From: a candidate division FCPU426 bacterium
GTDB taxonomy: Bacteria > Oederibacteriota > Muellerivitia > Muellerivitales > Muellerivitaceae
DNA: 64,000 nt
Direction of reading: 5' to 3'
Assembly: GCA_963830915.1 (NCBI GenBank)
Contig: CAWHOE010000053.1
Coordinates: 100,666-164,665 of the forward strand
This document shows positions 38,090 to 48,769 of the stretch, in pieces. Both the position numbers and the translations under genes were made by a program. The stretch's first letter is position 1; each line of letters begins with the position of its first letter. The notes under the pieces were generated by a model, which saw only the letters and a program-made list of their open reading frames with translations, had not been told where the DNA came from and made no database searches.

Positions 38090-38298
38090 AACCAAGACAA
38101 TTGAATACTTCTTATCCATTTCACTGACATTTATTGGTGAATTTGAGACAAAACACGCCATTTCTTACCGCCAAATTTGAAAATATCAACTCGCAAAAAA
38201 TTGATTTCACTTTAAAAACAGGGCATTAAGAACATGGCATTGAAAATGCATTAATAAAAACCATCGATGTTTTGACCGTATAAAGAACGAGGAACCTT

Positions 38299-39210
38299 AT
38301 GAGAGCCAAACTGATCTATTTCGTTTTGATGAATATTACCCTACTGGGACTATTAACCGCCTGCAACCGTCCTTTGAATCCCGCTAGACCCGCATTGGCT
38401 CCTAATCCAACTGACACACCGACCTCCACCTCAACACCTTCGGTTATTTTTTCTTTTACGCCTACTGGCACATCCACCCCTACGGCAACTCCCTCTTTAA
38501 CACCCACAAATATTTTCACTTTCACCCCTTCAGCCACCGCTACCTCAACTTCGACTACCACTTTCACCTCAACTCCCACAACCACTTTCACTCCAACCCC
38601 AGCCGTTACCGGAGGAATAAATACTATAGGTATTTGTCCAACTTATCTTTTGTTGCTCACCAATGATTCTAATTCATCAGATCAGTTGTCTAGTTTCGGG
38701 CTCTTGTTAGATGTCAATGGTTTACCCGAAACTACGGATGGAGTTACCTTGATTACACCTGAAGGAAATATCCCGGTTCCTTTTGTTGGTTTACGGGGGT
38801 TGGATGAACCGTCTGTACCCGGTAACAACTTAGCGGACTATTCTTTAGATTTGACTTCACTCAACAGACCCTACGATGGCGGATCTACTTATTCTGTTGT
38901 CATCGCCACTTCTATTGGTACGGTTACTTCTTCAATGATCGCTCCTGGAGGGAATGTTTCCGTTTCTTCAGACGGAATCACGGTAACCTGGAATGGCAAT
39001 AGTAACTTTAATGTAATTGGCAACAATGACTATTACAGTCCAGCTGGAGTTACTTCACCTTTCATTTTTCCGTCTTCGGCTTATCCGACCTCAGGCCAAT
39101 ATACAGTGAATACACGTTTCTATAATCAAGCGCCCATCGTTGGGCCGAACTCAAACCCTACTACCCCTTTCGAAATCATCGACTGGCCCTCTTTCACAGT
39201 AAATCATTGA
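38299..39210 (+). CDS. lipoprotein with Thr/Pro linker (tandem paralog 1)
   Basis: Lipobox LTAC, TPT linker, GICP, AT-rich codon use. Confidence 0.85.
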   Translation: MRAKLIYFVLMNITLLGLLTACNRPLNPARPALAPNPTDTPTSTSTPSVIFSFTPTGTSTPTATPSLTPTNIFTFTPSATATSTSTTTFTSTPTTTFTPTPAVTGGINTIGICPTYLLLLTNDSNSSDQLSSFGLLLDVNGLPETTDGVTLITPEGNIPVPFVGLRGLDEPSVPGNNLADYSLDLTSLNRPYDGGSTYSVVIATSIGTVTSSMIAPGGNVSVSSDGITVTWNGNSNFNVIGNNDYYSPAGVTSPFIFPSSAYPTSGQYTVNTRFYNQAPIVGPNSNPTTPFEIIDWPSFTVNH

Positions 39211-39258
39211 AGGTACGTTATATTTTGCCAGTTTTTCTGTATTAAGAAGGGTAAGCAG

Positions 39259-40200
39259 ATGAGAAACAAACTGATCTATTTCGCTTTGATGAATATTACA
39301 CTGCTAGGTTTGTTAGCGGCCTGCAGTCGCCCCCTGAATCCCGCCAGACCCGCATTGGCTCCTAATCCAACTGACACACCGACTTCCACCTCAACACCTT
39401 CGGTTATTTTTTCTTTTACGCCTACTGGCACATCCACCCCTACGGCAACTCCCTCTTTAACACCCACAAATATCTTCACTTTCACCCCTTCACCCACCGC
39501 CACCTCAACTTTTACAGCGACTTCCACTTCAACATCTACGACAACTTTCTCTCCAACCCCAACAGTTACCGGAGGAATAGAGGCAACCGGAATTTGTCCC
39601 ACCTATCTTCTGTTGACTACCAATGGTTCAAATTCATCTGATCAATTGTCTAATTTTACACTCATACTAGAAGTCAACGGGTTACCCGAAACAACGGATG
39701 GGGTAACTTTGGTTACACCCGAAGGAAATATTTCAGTTCCTTTTGTTGGTTTGCGGTGTTGTGGTGTCCCGAATATGTCTGGAAACAACTCGGCGGATTA
39801 TTCTATAGATTTGTCTGCACTCAACAGGCCCTACGATGGCGGATCTACCTATTCTGTAATCATCACCACTTCTATTGGCACTGTTACATCTTCAATGATC
39901 GCTCCCGGAGGGAATGTTTCCGTTTCTTCAGACGGAGTCACCGTTACCTGGAATGGCAATAGTAACTTTAATGTAATTAGTAACAGTAGCAACGTTTATT
40001 CCGGTCTTCCTTACGTTAGTTATACCAGCCCCGCTGGTGTTACATCGCCTTTCATTTTTCCAGCTTCGGCCTATCCTGAAACGGGCCAATATGGAGTTTA
40101 TGTCCATTTCTATAATGAATCACCTGTCGTAGGGCCGAACTCAAACCCTACAACCCCTTTCGAAATCCTCGACGGACACACTTTCACTATAAATCATTGA
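39259..40200 (+). CDS. lipoprotein with Thr/Pro linker (tandem paralog 2)
   Basis: Lipobox LAAC; highly similar to paralog 1. Confidence 0.85.
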   Translation: MRNKLIYFALMNITLLGLLAACSRPLNPARPALAPNPTDTPTSTSTPSVIFSFTPTGTSTPTATPSLTPTNIFTFTPSPTATSTFTATSTSTSTTTFSPTPTVTGGIEATGICPTYLLLTTNGSNSSDQLSNFTLILEVNGLPETTDGVTLVTPEGNISVPFVGLRCCGVPNMSGNNSADYSIDLSALNRPYDGGSTYSVIITTSIGTVTSSMIAPGGNVSVSSDGVTVTWNGNSNFNVISNSSNVYSGLPYVSYTSPAGVTSPFIFPASAYPETGQYGVYVHFYNESPVVGPNSNPTTPFEILDGHTFTINH

Positions 40201-40249
40201 AGGTACGTTATATTTTGCCAGTTTTTCTGTATTAAGAAGGGTAAAGCAG

Positions 40250-41167
40250 ATGAGAAACAAACTGATCTATTTCGTTTTGATGAATATTACACTGCTAGGT
40301 TTGTTAGCGGCCTGCAGTCGCCCCCTGAATCCCGCCAGACCCGCATTAGGTCCAATTCAAACTGACACGCCGACGGCCACCTCAACATCCTCTGTCATTC
40401 TTTCTTTCACACCCACTGGTACACCCACCCCTACGGTAACTCCCTCTTTAACACCCACAAATATCTTCACTTTCACCCCTTCAGCCACCGCCACCTCAAC
40501 TTCGACTACCACTTCCACCTCAACTCCCACAACCACTTTCACTCCAACCCCAGTAGCCACCGGTGAATTTGAAACAACAGGAATTTGCCCCACCTTCCTT
40601 CAACTGTTTACGACTGGCGGAAATACAACAGATCAATTATCTAGTTTCGTCCTCGTCCTAGCTGTTAATGGCAACCCAGAAACTACCGCTGGAGTAACAT
40701 TGGTTACACCTGAAGGGAATATCCCTATTCCGAGTTCTGGTGTCATTGATGCACCAAATTCAGAACTATATTCCTTGACCTTGGGTTCTCTTAGTTTACC
40801 TTACGACGCCGGATCACCTTATTCTGTTATCATCGCAACTTCCATTGGCACAGTCACTTCAACCGTAATCGCCCCAGGTGGAAATGTTTCTGTTTCTTCT
40901 AACGGGGTTACAGTAGCTTGGAACACCAATGGCAACTTCGACTGGGTTCAAAACGCCCCAGCAACATATACAGCTGCGTATACCGGATATGACAGCCCAC
41001 GAGGAATTACATCTCCATTTATATTTCCAACTTCTGCTTATCCCTTCACGGGGCAATATATAGTGAACCTTTATCTCGCAAATGCCGGCCCATTAACCGG
41101 CACCAACTTAAATTCCACGGCTCTATTCCAAATCGAGGATGATCACAGTTTTACAATAACTCATTAA
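40250..41167 (+). CDS. lipoprotein with Thr/Pro linker (tandem paralog 3)
   Basis: Lipobox LAAC; most divergent C-domain of the three. Confidence 0.85.
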   Translation: MRNKLIYFVLMNITLLGLLAACSRPLNPARPALGPIQTDTPTATSTSSVILSFTPTGTPTPTVTPSLTPTNIFTFTPSATATSTSTTTSTSTPTTTFTPTPVATGEFETTGICPTFLQLFTTGGNTTDQLSSFVLVLAVNGNPETTAGVTLVTPEGNIPIPSSGVIDAPNSELYSLTLGSLSLPYDAGSPYSVIIATSIGTVTSTVIAPGGNVSVSSNGVTVAWNTNGNFDWVQNAPATYTAAYTGYDSPRGITSPFIFPTSAYPFTGQYIVNLYLANAGPLTGTNLNSTALFQIEDDHSFTITH

Positions 41168-41175
41168 CAAAATAA

Positions 41176-41739
41176 TCAACCAATCTTCTTCAGGACATTC
41201 TTGTCCGTATGGTGGAAGATTTCCTTTTGGCCGGCGATCTGGATCTGGGTGTCCTGCTCGTAGCTGATCTGATCGGGAGCCAACAAGGTCAAAGTATGGT
41301 CGAAGGCCAGGGTTTTGAACTCTTTATCCAAATACGGATTGGAACAGATGCCGAAAATGGGTGAGCCCAGCTTGGCCGAGACAGTGAATTTCTTGGCGTC
41401 CGGTTCGGCTTTCCCGCCCGCCAGCATGGCGAATCCGCGGGGGATGATAGTGCTTCGGATGATGAGTTTTTCCCTTTCGTCCCAAAGTAAATAACCAGAC
41501 TCCTCATGGAAAGGCGTCGTTTCGGTCAAACGCCAGGCGTGGAGGGAGTAATGCACCCCCATGAGCTTCTGCTCATGGTTGAAGGTCGCTCCGCATGGCA
41601 CAAAGAGGATCTCCTCACGGTACTTGTTGTTCTCTTTTCCCAGGTCGTCGCCCGGGGCGATATCGTCGCCCTTGTCCCCCTGCCATTTGCCGATCAATGC
41701 TCCCAGAGGCCCGTATGACATCAATTCTTTGGAATCCAT
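41176..41739 (-). CDS. heme-binding beta-barrel protein (nitrobindin/DUF1794-like)
   Basis: GPLGALIGKWQG.KG, FHEESGYLLWD, C-terminal HTDKNVL. Confidence 0.82.
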   Translation of the reverse strand: MDSKELMSYGPLGALIGKWQGDKGDDIAPGDDLGKENNKYREEILFVPCGATFNHEQKLMGVHYSLHAWRLTETTPFHEESGYLLWDEREKLIIRSTIIPRGFAMLAGGKAEPDAKKFTVSAKLGSPIFGICSNPYLDKEFKTLAFDHTLTLLAPDQISYEQDTQIQIAGQKEIFHHTDKNVLKKIG

Positions 41740-41785
41740 ATTTTTCTCCTTATATTTTTCAAAGCTGGATTTACGACTTGCCCAC

Positions 41786-42415
41786 TTACTTCTTGTTTTG
41801 CAAGAAATCGCCGATCTTTCTCATCCAGGTCTTGGTTGGTTCGGGTGTGATGATCGGTTTCAGGACCGCGACTGGGGTCGGTTCCGCCGTAAGAATGACC
41901 AGCGAGTCCATCATCGCCTTGTAGGTCGGCAGTCGGTCCTTCATGTGGATGCGCATCTCATTGACCGCCAGGAATACCCCAACATTTCCCTTATAGGTGA
42001 CCCGGAAAACCCAGTCGATCCTTGCCCCTTGGTTCCATCCCTCATATTCAGCCTGTTCGCCTGTCCACAAAGGGCTTTGGATGGGCTTGAAGGGCGTTTT
42101 GACCCGGCACTCAACGAAGTCCTTCATGACCATGGCCTTGAATTTCTCCAGATCGAAGGGGCCTGGCCCCGGATCCACGTAAGGGGTCACCGACAAGGCC
42201 CCGGTGGCGTCGGGAGGGGTGACGGTGAAGATGCGGCCGTTGACCCCGGCCTTCCAGGCGATGAAATAATTGATCTTGTAGAGCTTTTTGGCGTCCGTGA
42301 ATGAAGCGAAAGGGGAGGGTTCGGGGGCTTTACCGCAGGAGACCAAACCAAGGACCATCGGAAGGAATAGGAAGGCCGAGATCAGGATTTGGGACTGGAG
42401 GGTCTTTAGTTTCAT
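41786..42415 (-). CDS. hypothetical lipoprotein
   Basis: Lipobox LVSC; GGAGAG RBS. Confidence 0.65.
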   Translation of the reverse strand: MKLKTLQSQILISAFLFLPMVLGLVSCGKAPEPSPFASFTDAKKLYKINYFIAWKAGVNGRIFTVTPPDATGALSVTPYVDPGPGPFDLEKFKAMVMKDFVECRVKTPFKPIQSPLWTGEQAEYEGWNQGARIDWVFRVTYKGNVGVFLAVNEMRIHMKDRLPTYKAMMDSLVILTAEPTPVAVLKPIITPEPTKTWMRKIGDFLQNKK

Positions 42416-42596
42416 CGCGCTCTCCCGGATGGATTGGGTTACAACTCCCCAATTCTACCCTACCCATCCGTCCCGTCATCCTTTTTCCATAGAGGAGACA
42501 AGGATCGTCCATCAATAAAATGCGAGACGAAATAAGCAACTAATTAAAATAATACTGGTGTTCCACTAGTCTCTAGCAACATGCCAAAAGGCCCCC

Positions 42597-42855
42597 TTCC
42601 GATGGGCGACCTGTCTTTCCGATGGGCGGAAACACCCATTCCGGTGGATGCCTTGTCTTTCCGGGGGCCGGAAACATCCCTTCCGGTGGGTGCTCTGTCT
42701 TTCCGGGGGTCGGAAACATCCCTTCCGGTGGGTGCCTTGTCTTTCCGGTGGCCGGAAACATCCCTTCCGGTGGGTGCCCTGTCTTTCCGGGGGCCGGAAA
42801 CATCTCTTCCGGTGGGTGCCTTGTCTTTCCGGGGCCCGGAAACATCCCTTCCGGT
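42597..42855. repeat. tandem array of 42-bp units, related (inverted) to the 9.5-kb array
   Basis: 13 TTCCG cores at 42597, 42617, 42639, 42659, 42681, 42701, 42723, 42743, 42765, 42785, 42807, 42827, 42849. Confidence 0.95.
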
Positions 42856-42903
42856 AAGCGGAAAAACCTCGTTCGATAGGCGGTTCAGCCTATCCGCGGC
42901 GGT

Positions 42904-43392
42904 TTAATGTTCCTTGGCTAGAAGGCCCTGGATATCCGACTCTATGGACTCAGGCGTAATAGCGGAGGCGTACCGCTTGACCGGCTGACCCTGGGAATCG
43001 ACGAGGAATTTGGTGAAGTTCCATTTGATGGATTCAGTGCCCAGGATGCCTGGCTGGGATTGGGTGAGGAATTTATAGATGGGGTGGGCGTTATCGCCAT
43101 TCACATCCACCTTTGAAAACATGGGGAATTTCACCTTATAGTTCAACTCGCAGAAACTCTTGATATCCGCTTCCGTCCCTGGTTCCTGAGCCCCGAACTG
43201 GTTACAGGGGAACCCCAGGACGGAAAAACCCTCGGATTGGTATTTCTCGTGGAGCTTTTCCAATGCGTCGTATTGGGGGGTAAACCCGCAGCGGCTGGCC
43301 ACGTTGACGATCAGCAAAACTTGGCCCCGGAACTTGGTGAAAGACACTTCTTCCCCATCGATGCTTTTGGCTGAGAAATCAAATACGTTCAT
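42904..43392 (-). CDS. glutathione peroxidase (Cys type)
   Basis: VNVASRCGFTPQY, GFPCNQFGAQEPG, KWNFTKFLV. Confidence 0.95.
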   Translation of the reverse strand: MNVFDFSAKSIDGEEVSFTKFRGQVLLIVNVASRCGFTPQYDALEKLHEKYQSEGFSVLGFPCNQFGAQEPGTEADIKSFCELNYKVKFPMFSKVDVNGDNAHPIYKFLTQSQPGILGTESIKWNFTKFLVDSQGQPVKRYASAITPESIESDIQGLLAKEH

Positions 43393-43488
43393 GGAACTCC
43401 CCTTTGTTAAGCCATTCTTTGTCTATTCCATCCCATCAAAGCTCTTGGGCTAAAAAATAGCAAGCCCATGAACCAAAAACGGCAATTG

Positions 43489-43853
43489 AACCACCATGCC
43501 GACCTTCCATAAACCTTTAATTGGAGTCGTCCTATTTTCCCCCTCTGTGCTAAAGCACTATACTGTTCTCATTATTTTAATTTCATATGAGGAACAGCAT
43601 GAAAGAGGGGGACTAAGGGGGAGTTAGTCTTTTCAAACCGCATCGGCAACGTCTAATACCCCCCTTTCCCCCCTTTTTCAAATGGGGGGATAATCGCTGG
43701 CAATGTACATTTTTTGAATTTGCCAAAATTGAATTATTTATTCTTTGTTCTAGCCAACCTTGGTGCCCTTGTGCCGATTGGCATTAAGAATATTTTGAAA
43801 TCGGTACTATACCGACCTCCTTGTATGCTTTATGGAAGGTCGGCATGGTGGTT
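43489..43853. repeat. nested palindromic repeat cluster bounded by 25-bp perfect IR
   Basis: AACCACCATGCCGACCTTCCATAAA at 43489-43513 with its reverse complement at 43829-43853; contains CCCCCTCT..GAAAGAGGGGG doublet and inserts 43547-43600 and 43771-43846. Confidence 0.88.
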
Positions 43854-43870
43854 AAAATTGTTTGAGGTTT

Positions 43871-46471
43871 TCAGGTTTTGATAATTAATTCCCCGCCCTT
43901 GGAAGCGTCCACTTTGACCGTCTGGCCCTCTTTGATCTCACCATCGAGCAGTTTCATCGCCATTTTGTCCACCAACTCATGCTGAATGAGCCTCTTCAAG
44001 GGCCTGGCCCCGTAGACCGGGTCATACCCCCTTTCGGCCAGGAAGGCCAGCGCGCCCTTGGACATTTCCAGCGTGACCTTACGGTCCGCCAAACGGTTCT
44101 TCAGGAACTCCAACTGGATGCTCACGATGGCTTCCAATTGGTCCTCTCCCAGGCGGTGGAAGATGACGATGTCGTCGATGCGGTTGAGGAACTCGGGACG
44201 GAAGAACTGGCGGAGTTCCTTTTGCAGGGCGTCCTTCAGGTCCGCGTCCTTGGCCCCCGCCTCCATGATCTTCTGGGAGGCGATATTGCTGGTCATGATG
44301 AGGACGGTGTTCTTGAAATCCACCACCCGGCCCTGGCTGTCGGTCAAACGGCCGTCATCCAACACCTGTAGAAGCACGTTGAAAACATCAGCGTGGGCTT
44401 TTTCCACCTCGTCGAAAAGGATGACCGAATAGGGCCTGCGGCGCACCGCTTCGGTCAACTGACCGCCCTCGTCGTACCCCACATAGCCCGGAGGCGCCCC
44501 GATCAGGCGGGACACCGAGTGTTTTTCCATGTATTCGCTCATGTCGATACGCACCATCATCTTCTCGTCATCGAAGAGATAGCCCGCCAGAGCCTTGGCC
44601 AGTTCGGTTTTACCAACCCCCGTGGGCCCCACGAAGAGGAAAGAACCGAGTGGACGGTTGGGATCGGATAATCCAGAACGGGAACGGCGAATGGCGTTGG
44701 CCACCGACTCGACCGCCTCATCCTGACCCACGACCCTTTTCTTGAGGGCGTCCTCCAAGTGGACGAGTTTCTGGGTCTCGCCTTCCATCATCTTGGCCAC
44801 CGGGATACCGGTCCATTTGGCCACAACCTCGGCGATCTCCTGGTCGGTGACTTCTTCCTTCAGCATGGCGCCCTTTTTCTGCACTTCCGCCAGCTTGTCT
44901 TCCAAATCCTTGGCCTGCTTCTGCAATTTGGGAAGTTTGTCGTAGCGGATCTCCGCCACTTTGTCGAGCTTGCCTTCCCTCTCAAAATGGGTTTCCTGTA
45001 GCTTCAGGGTCTCCAGTTCTTCCTTCACTTTTCGCAGGTCCTGGATGACCTTCTTTTCGTTCTGCCAACGGGCCTTCATCTGGGAGGAACCTTCTTTGAG
45101 GTCAGCCATTTCCTTTTCCAACTTGGCCAAACGGTCCTTGGAAGCCTGGTCTTTCTCTTTCTGGAGGGCCTGTTTTTCGATCTCCAGCTGGCGGATCTTG
45201 CGTTCCACCTCATCCAGTTCCACGGGCATGGAGTCTATCTCGATACGCAGTTTGGAGGCGGCCTCGTCCATCAGATCGATGGCCTTGTCCGGCAGGAAGC
45301 GGTTGGTGATATAGCGGTTGGAAAGTACCGCCGCGGCCACCAGGGCCGAGTCCTGGATGCGCACGCCGTGGTGCAATTCGTATCGTTCCTTCAAGCCCCT
45401 GAGGATGGAAATGGTGTCAGGCACCGAGGGCTCGCCGACGAAAACCTGTTGGAAACGGCGTTCCAGGGCTGGGTCCTTCTCTATATATTTGCGGTACTCG
45501 TCCAGGGTGGTGGCGCCCACCGCCCTGAGTTCGCCCCGGGCAAGGGCGGGTTTGAGCATATTGGAAGCGTCCATGGAGCCTTCGGCCCGGCCAGCCCCCA
45601 CCAGATTATGAAGTTCGTCGATGAACAGGATGATCTGGCCATCGCTTTCTGTGACTTCCTTCAGGAAGGCCTTCAAACGATCCTCGAATTCGCCGCGGAA
45701 TTTGGCCCCAGCCACCATGGCCCCGATATCCAGCGCGATGACCTTTTTGTTCTTCAGTCCCTCCGGTACATCGCCAGAGACAATACGCCCCGCCAAGCCC
45801 TCGGCAATGGCGGTCTTGCCCACGCCAGGCTCGCCGATAAGGACAGGATTGTTCTTGGTCCTGCGGGAAAGCACTTGGATGACCCTGCGGATCTCCTCGT
45901 CCCGGCCAATGACCGGATCCAACTTGCCGCGTCGGGCCAGGTCCGTGAGGTCTTTGCCATACTTGGTCAGGGCCTGATATTTACCTTCTGGGTTCTGATC
46001 CGTGACCCGGGTGGACCCACGGACTTCCGCTAGGGCCGAAAGGACCTTGTCCCGGCTCAGGCCGAATTGTTTCATCACTTTTTTTACGCCCCAGTCCTCA
46101 GGATGTCCCTGCGCGCCTGGCGCGTCCAAGAGTGCCAGAAGAAGATGCTCGGTGGAGACATACTCATCCTTCATCTTGTCCGCTTCTTTGTGGGCGTTAT
46201 CCAGGACCTTGGCCAGACGGGGTGTGACGTAGATTTGTCCGCCGCCTTCTACTTTAGGAAGTCCGGTGATGTCCTTTTCCAAGGCACGGTCGAGAGCGGA
46301 TGGATCGGCGCCTATCTTTTTCAGGACGGGAGAAACGACACTCTCATCCTGGCGCAATAGGGCCAGGAACAAATGCTCATTATCGACCTGTTGCTGACCG
46401 AGTTCGGACGCGAGGGTTTGGGCCGATTGAACGGCGTTCTGGGCGTTAAGGGTGAAACGGTTGATATCCAT
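43871..46471 (-). CDS. clpB: ATP-dependent chaperone ClpB
   Basis: GEPGVGKT and GPTGVGKT Walker A motifs, coiled-coil middle domain, [26 protein letters not shown]. Confidence 0.97.
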   Translation of the reverse strand: MDINRFTLNAQNAVQSAQTLASELGQQQVDNEHLFLALLRQDESVVSPVLKKIGADPSALDRALEKDITGLPKVEGGGQIYVTPRLAKVLDNAHKEADKMKDEYVSTEHLLLALLDAPGAQGHPEDWGVKKVMKQFGLSRDKVLSALAEVRGSTRVTDQNPEGKYQALTKYGKDLTDLARRGKLDPVIGRDEEIRRVIQVLSRRTKNNPVLIGEPGVGKTAIAEGLAGRIVSGDVPEGLKNKKVIALDIGAMVAGAKFRGEFEDRLKAFLKEVTESDGQIILFIDELHNLVGAGRAEGSMDASNMLKPALARGELRAVGATTLDEYRKYIEKDPALERRFQQVFVGEPSVPDTISILRGLKERYELHHGVRIQDSALVAAAVLSNRYITNRFLPDKAIDLMDEAASKLRIEIDSMPVELDEVERKIRQLEIEKQALQKEKDQASKDRLAKLEKEMADLKEGSSQMKARWQNEKKVIQDLRKVKEELETLKLQETHFEREGKLDKVAEIRYDKLPKLQKQAKDLEDKLAEVQKKGAMLKEEVTDQEIAEVVAKWTGIPVAKMMEGETQKLVHLEDALKKRVVGQDEAVESVANAIRRSRSGLSDPNRPLGSFLFVGPTGVGKTELAKALAGYLFDDEKMMVRIDMSEYMEKHSVSRLIGAPPGYVGYDEGGQLTEAVRRRPYSVILFDEVEKAHADVFNVLLQVLDDGRLTDSQGRVVDFKNTVLIMTSNIASQKIMEAGAKDADLKDALQKELRQFFRPEFLNRIDDIVIFHRLGEDQLEAIVSIQLEFLKNRLADRKVTLEMSKGALAFLAERGYDPVYGARPLKRLIQHELVDKMAMKLLDGEIKEGQTVKVDASKGGELIIKT

Positions 46472-46543
46472 GGGTGTTCCCGCCTTTGGGTATTAGGTTC
46501 CCCCAAAGGTAGGACGGAAAATGGGTACTTTCAATAGGTTGGG

Positions 46544-47953
46544 TTATTCGAAACTGCGGGCCATTTTCTTGTGGGCATCGAAAACCCGGAAAGGCGGGTC
46601 TTTGGGAAGGGATTCCATATCGAACCCCTTGTCAGCGATGGCTTTTTGGTACCAGTGGGCGCTCTTCTTGAATATCCGCTCCTGGGTCTTGAAGTCCACA
46701 TAGATCAGCCCGAAACGGGGGTCGTAACCATAGCCCCACTCGAAATTATCCATCAGGGACCAGGCGAAATAGCCCTTCACTGGTACCCCTTCCTTCATGG
46801 CCCGGTTCATCTGGGCCAGGTAGTGGCCCAAATAATAGACCCTGCCGTTATCCTCCATCATCTCTTCCCTGGTCCTGAGGGAATCCCTCATGGCCATACC
46901 GTTCTCGGTGATGAGGATCTTCTTATGTCCATATTCCTTGTGGAGGTGCGTGAGAAGTTCATAAAGGGCCGGAGCGTCGACTTTCCAGCGCATATCGGTG
47001 ATATAGGATCGATCGGGCATGGTGAAATCATTATCGAAAATGTTAAGACCTGGGGCGTAGCGGGCGTAGTTCGGGAAATAGTGGTTCACGCCCAGGAAGT
47101 CGATGGGTTGGGAAATGATCTTGAGGTCCTCCGCCACAGGGCCATCAGGCGTTCCAGCGAATTCATTCAAGAAGGAGGGATAGCCCCGGCCCGCGACCGG
47201 ATCCAGAAAAACCCGGTTATGGAGCGCGTCCATGTTCTTGGCGTATTGGATATCCACAGGGTCCTGGGTAGAAGGACGACTAGGAGCCAGGGCCAGCACC
47301 CAACCGATCTCGCCCTTCAAACCCGACTGGCGGTAAGCCCGAACAGCCAAGCCGTGGGACAGGTTCAAGTGATGGACAACGTTTGAGAAGGCTTTTTTAT
47401 CCGACTTGCCAGGGGGAAAATAACCCCAGAGATATCCCAGTTGGGAGGTGCAAACCGTCTCGTTATGGGTAGCCCAGTAAGGAACTTCCCGTCCCAACTT
47501 CTTGAAAACAGCTTCGGCGTACTCGCCGAAGGCAATGGCCGTTTCCCGGTTCTCCCACTCGCCCTTGGCCCAGACCGGTACTTCCCAATGAAAGAGGGTA
47601 ACGGATGGGGTAATACCGGCTTTTTGAAGCTCGTCCAGTACCCGGCGATAGAAATCCAGCCCTTTCTCGTTAACCCTGCCCCTTTCGGGGATGATCCTGG
47701 GCCAGGAAAAAGATAAACGATAGGCCTTCAACCCCATTCTTTTCATCAAAGCGATATCATCTTTATAGAGGTGAAAGTGGTTGCAAGCGATATCAGCGTT
47801 TTGGTTCCCGAAGATCCGCCCCGGGGTATGGGTCCATTCGTACCAATTGCTGCTGGCGGCCCCGTCAGCGAGGGGAGAACCCTCGATCTGGAATGAGCTG
47901 GTAGCGGCTCCCCATAGGAAATCATCGGGAAATGAAATAAAATGACCGGACAT
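46544..47953 (-). CDS. beta-glucosidase, GH1
   Basis: FLWGAATSSFQIEG, THNE, ITENG, WSLMDNFEW; start MSGHF at 47953 (the track's extension runs into a repeat). Confidence 0.93.
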   Translation of the reverse strand: MSGHFISFPDDFLWGAATSSFQIEGSPLADGAASSNWYEWTHTPGRIFGNQNADIACNHFHLYKDDIALMKRMGLKAYRLSFSWPRIIPERGRVNEKGLDFYRRVLDELQKAGITPSVTLFHWEVPVWAKGEWENRETAIAFGEYAEAVFKKLGREVPYWATHNETVCTSQLGYLWGYFPPGKSDKKAFSNVVHHLNLSHGLAVRAYRQSGLKGEIGWVLALAPSRPSTQDPVDIQYAKNMDALHNRVFLDPVAGRGYPSFLNEFAGTPDGPVAEDLKIISQPIDFLGVNHYFPNYARYAPGLNIFDNDFTMPDRSYITDMRWKVDAPALYELLTHLHKEYGHKKILITENGMAMRDSLRTREEMMEDNGRVYYLGHYLAQMNRAMKEGVPVKGYFAWSLMDNFEWGYGYDPRFGLIYVDFKTQERIFKKSAHWYQKAIADKGFDMESLPKDPPFRVFDAHKKMARSFE

Positions 47954-47980
47954 GTGGGGTTCCTTTATTTTTTCATTCCA

Positions 47981-48168
47981 ATCCGCAAAGCGCGCCTCAA
48001 TCTGGTCTTTCGTCAATTTGTTGATCGCACCCTTGTTCCCCCTCTGAAAGAGGGGGAACAAGGGGGAGTTAGTTTTTCCGGACTATTTCGGCAACAACTA
48101 ATACCCCCCCTCCCCCCCCTTTTTCAAAGGGGGGAGGAACCATCCGTAAGATACGCTGTGCGGATAGG
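47981..48168. mobile_element. MITE-like composite element (copy without secondary insertion)
   Basis: ATCCGCAAAGCG ... CGCTGTGCGGATAGG ends; internal CCCCCTCTGAAAGAGGGGGAACAAGGGGGAGTTAG...CTAATACCCCCCC..CCCCCTTTTTCAAAGGGGGG. Confidence 0.75.
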
Positions 48169-48246
48169 CATCTATTTTTTGATTGGCGGTAGTTAGTCTA
48201 TTGATTTAGCAGGATAAAGAAACTAGAAAACAAAGAAAGCCTTTTC

Positions 48247-48768
48247 ATGACCCAAAGAATCGTTAAGATCGGCAGTCCGGTCCTTCGTCAAAGGACCAAG
48301 ACGGTTCCTTTGAGCCTTCTCAAGAAAAAAAGCTTCCAGAAGTTCCTGGGAGAAATGAAAGTCACCATGCGCCGGGAAAAAGGCGTGGGTCTTGCAGCCA
48401 ACCAGGTTGGCTCACCCTGGCGGGTATTGGTGATGGAATGCAAAGGCAACCTCCGTTACCCGAAAGCCCCCTCCTTCCCCTTTCAAACCTTCATCAATAT
48501 CCGGGTCCTTCGGTATTCGGGGAAGAAACGGAAAGATTGGGAAGGTTGCCTGAGCATCCCGGGGTACCGGGGCATGGTTCCCCGTTCCCCCAAGGTGACC
48601 TTCCGGGCCCTGACCCCTGAGGGAAAGTCCGTGACCAAGACAGTCAAGGGTTTCGAGGCCAGGGTCATCCAGCACGAGGTGGATCATTTGGATGGTTTCT
48701 TCTATATCGACCGGATGGGCCGCATGGATAGCTTCACCCACTTGGACTCATTCTCCAGGGGAGATTGA
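48247..48768 (+). CDS. def: peptide deformylase
   Basis: GVGLAANQVG, EGCLS, QHEVDHLDG. Confidence 0.94.
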   Translation: MTQRIVKIGSPVLRQRTKTVPLSLLKKKSFQKFLGEMKVTMRREKGVGLAANQVGSPWRVLVMECKGNLRYPKAPSFPFQTFINIRVLRYSGKKRKDWEGCLSIPGYRGMVPRSPKVTFRALTPEGKSVTKTVKGFEARVIQHEVDHLDGFFYIDRMGRMDSFTHLDSFSRGD

Positions 48769-48769
48769 A

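Noticed and set aside
38299..41167. Diversity-generating retroelement template/variable repeats
   Set aside because: Differences between copies are not adenine-specific, all three copies are full genes, and no reverse transcriptase is present
42904..43392. Selenocysteine glutathione peroxidase
   Set aside because: The active-site codon is TGC (Cys) and there is no in-frame TGA
47954..48061. N-terminal extension of GH1, and short ORFs at 27881, 34555, 35561-35656 and 47942
   Set aside because: These read through palindromic repeats (e.g. PPLKEGEQGG, SLCLCG translations) and are not supported as coding
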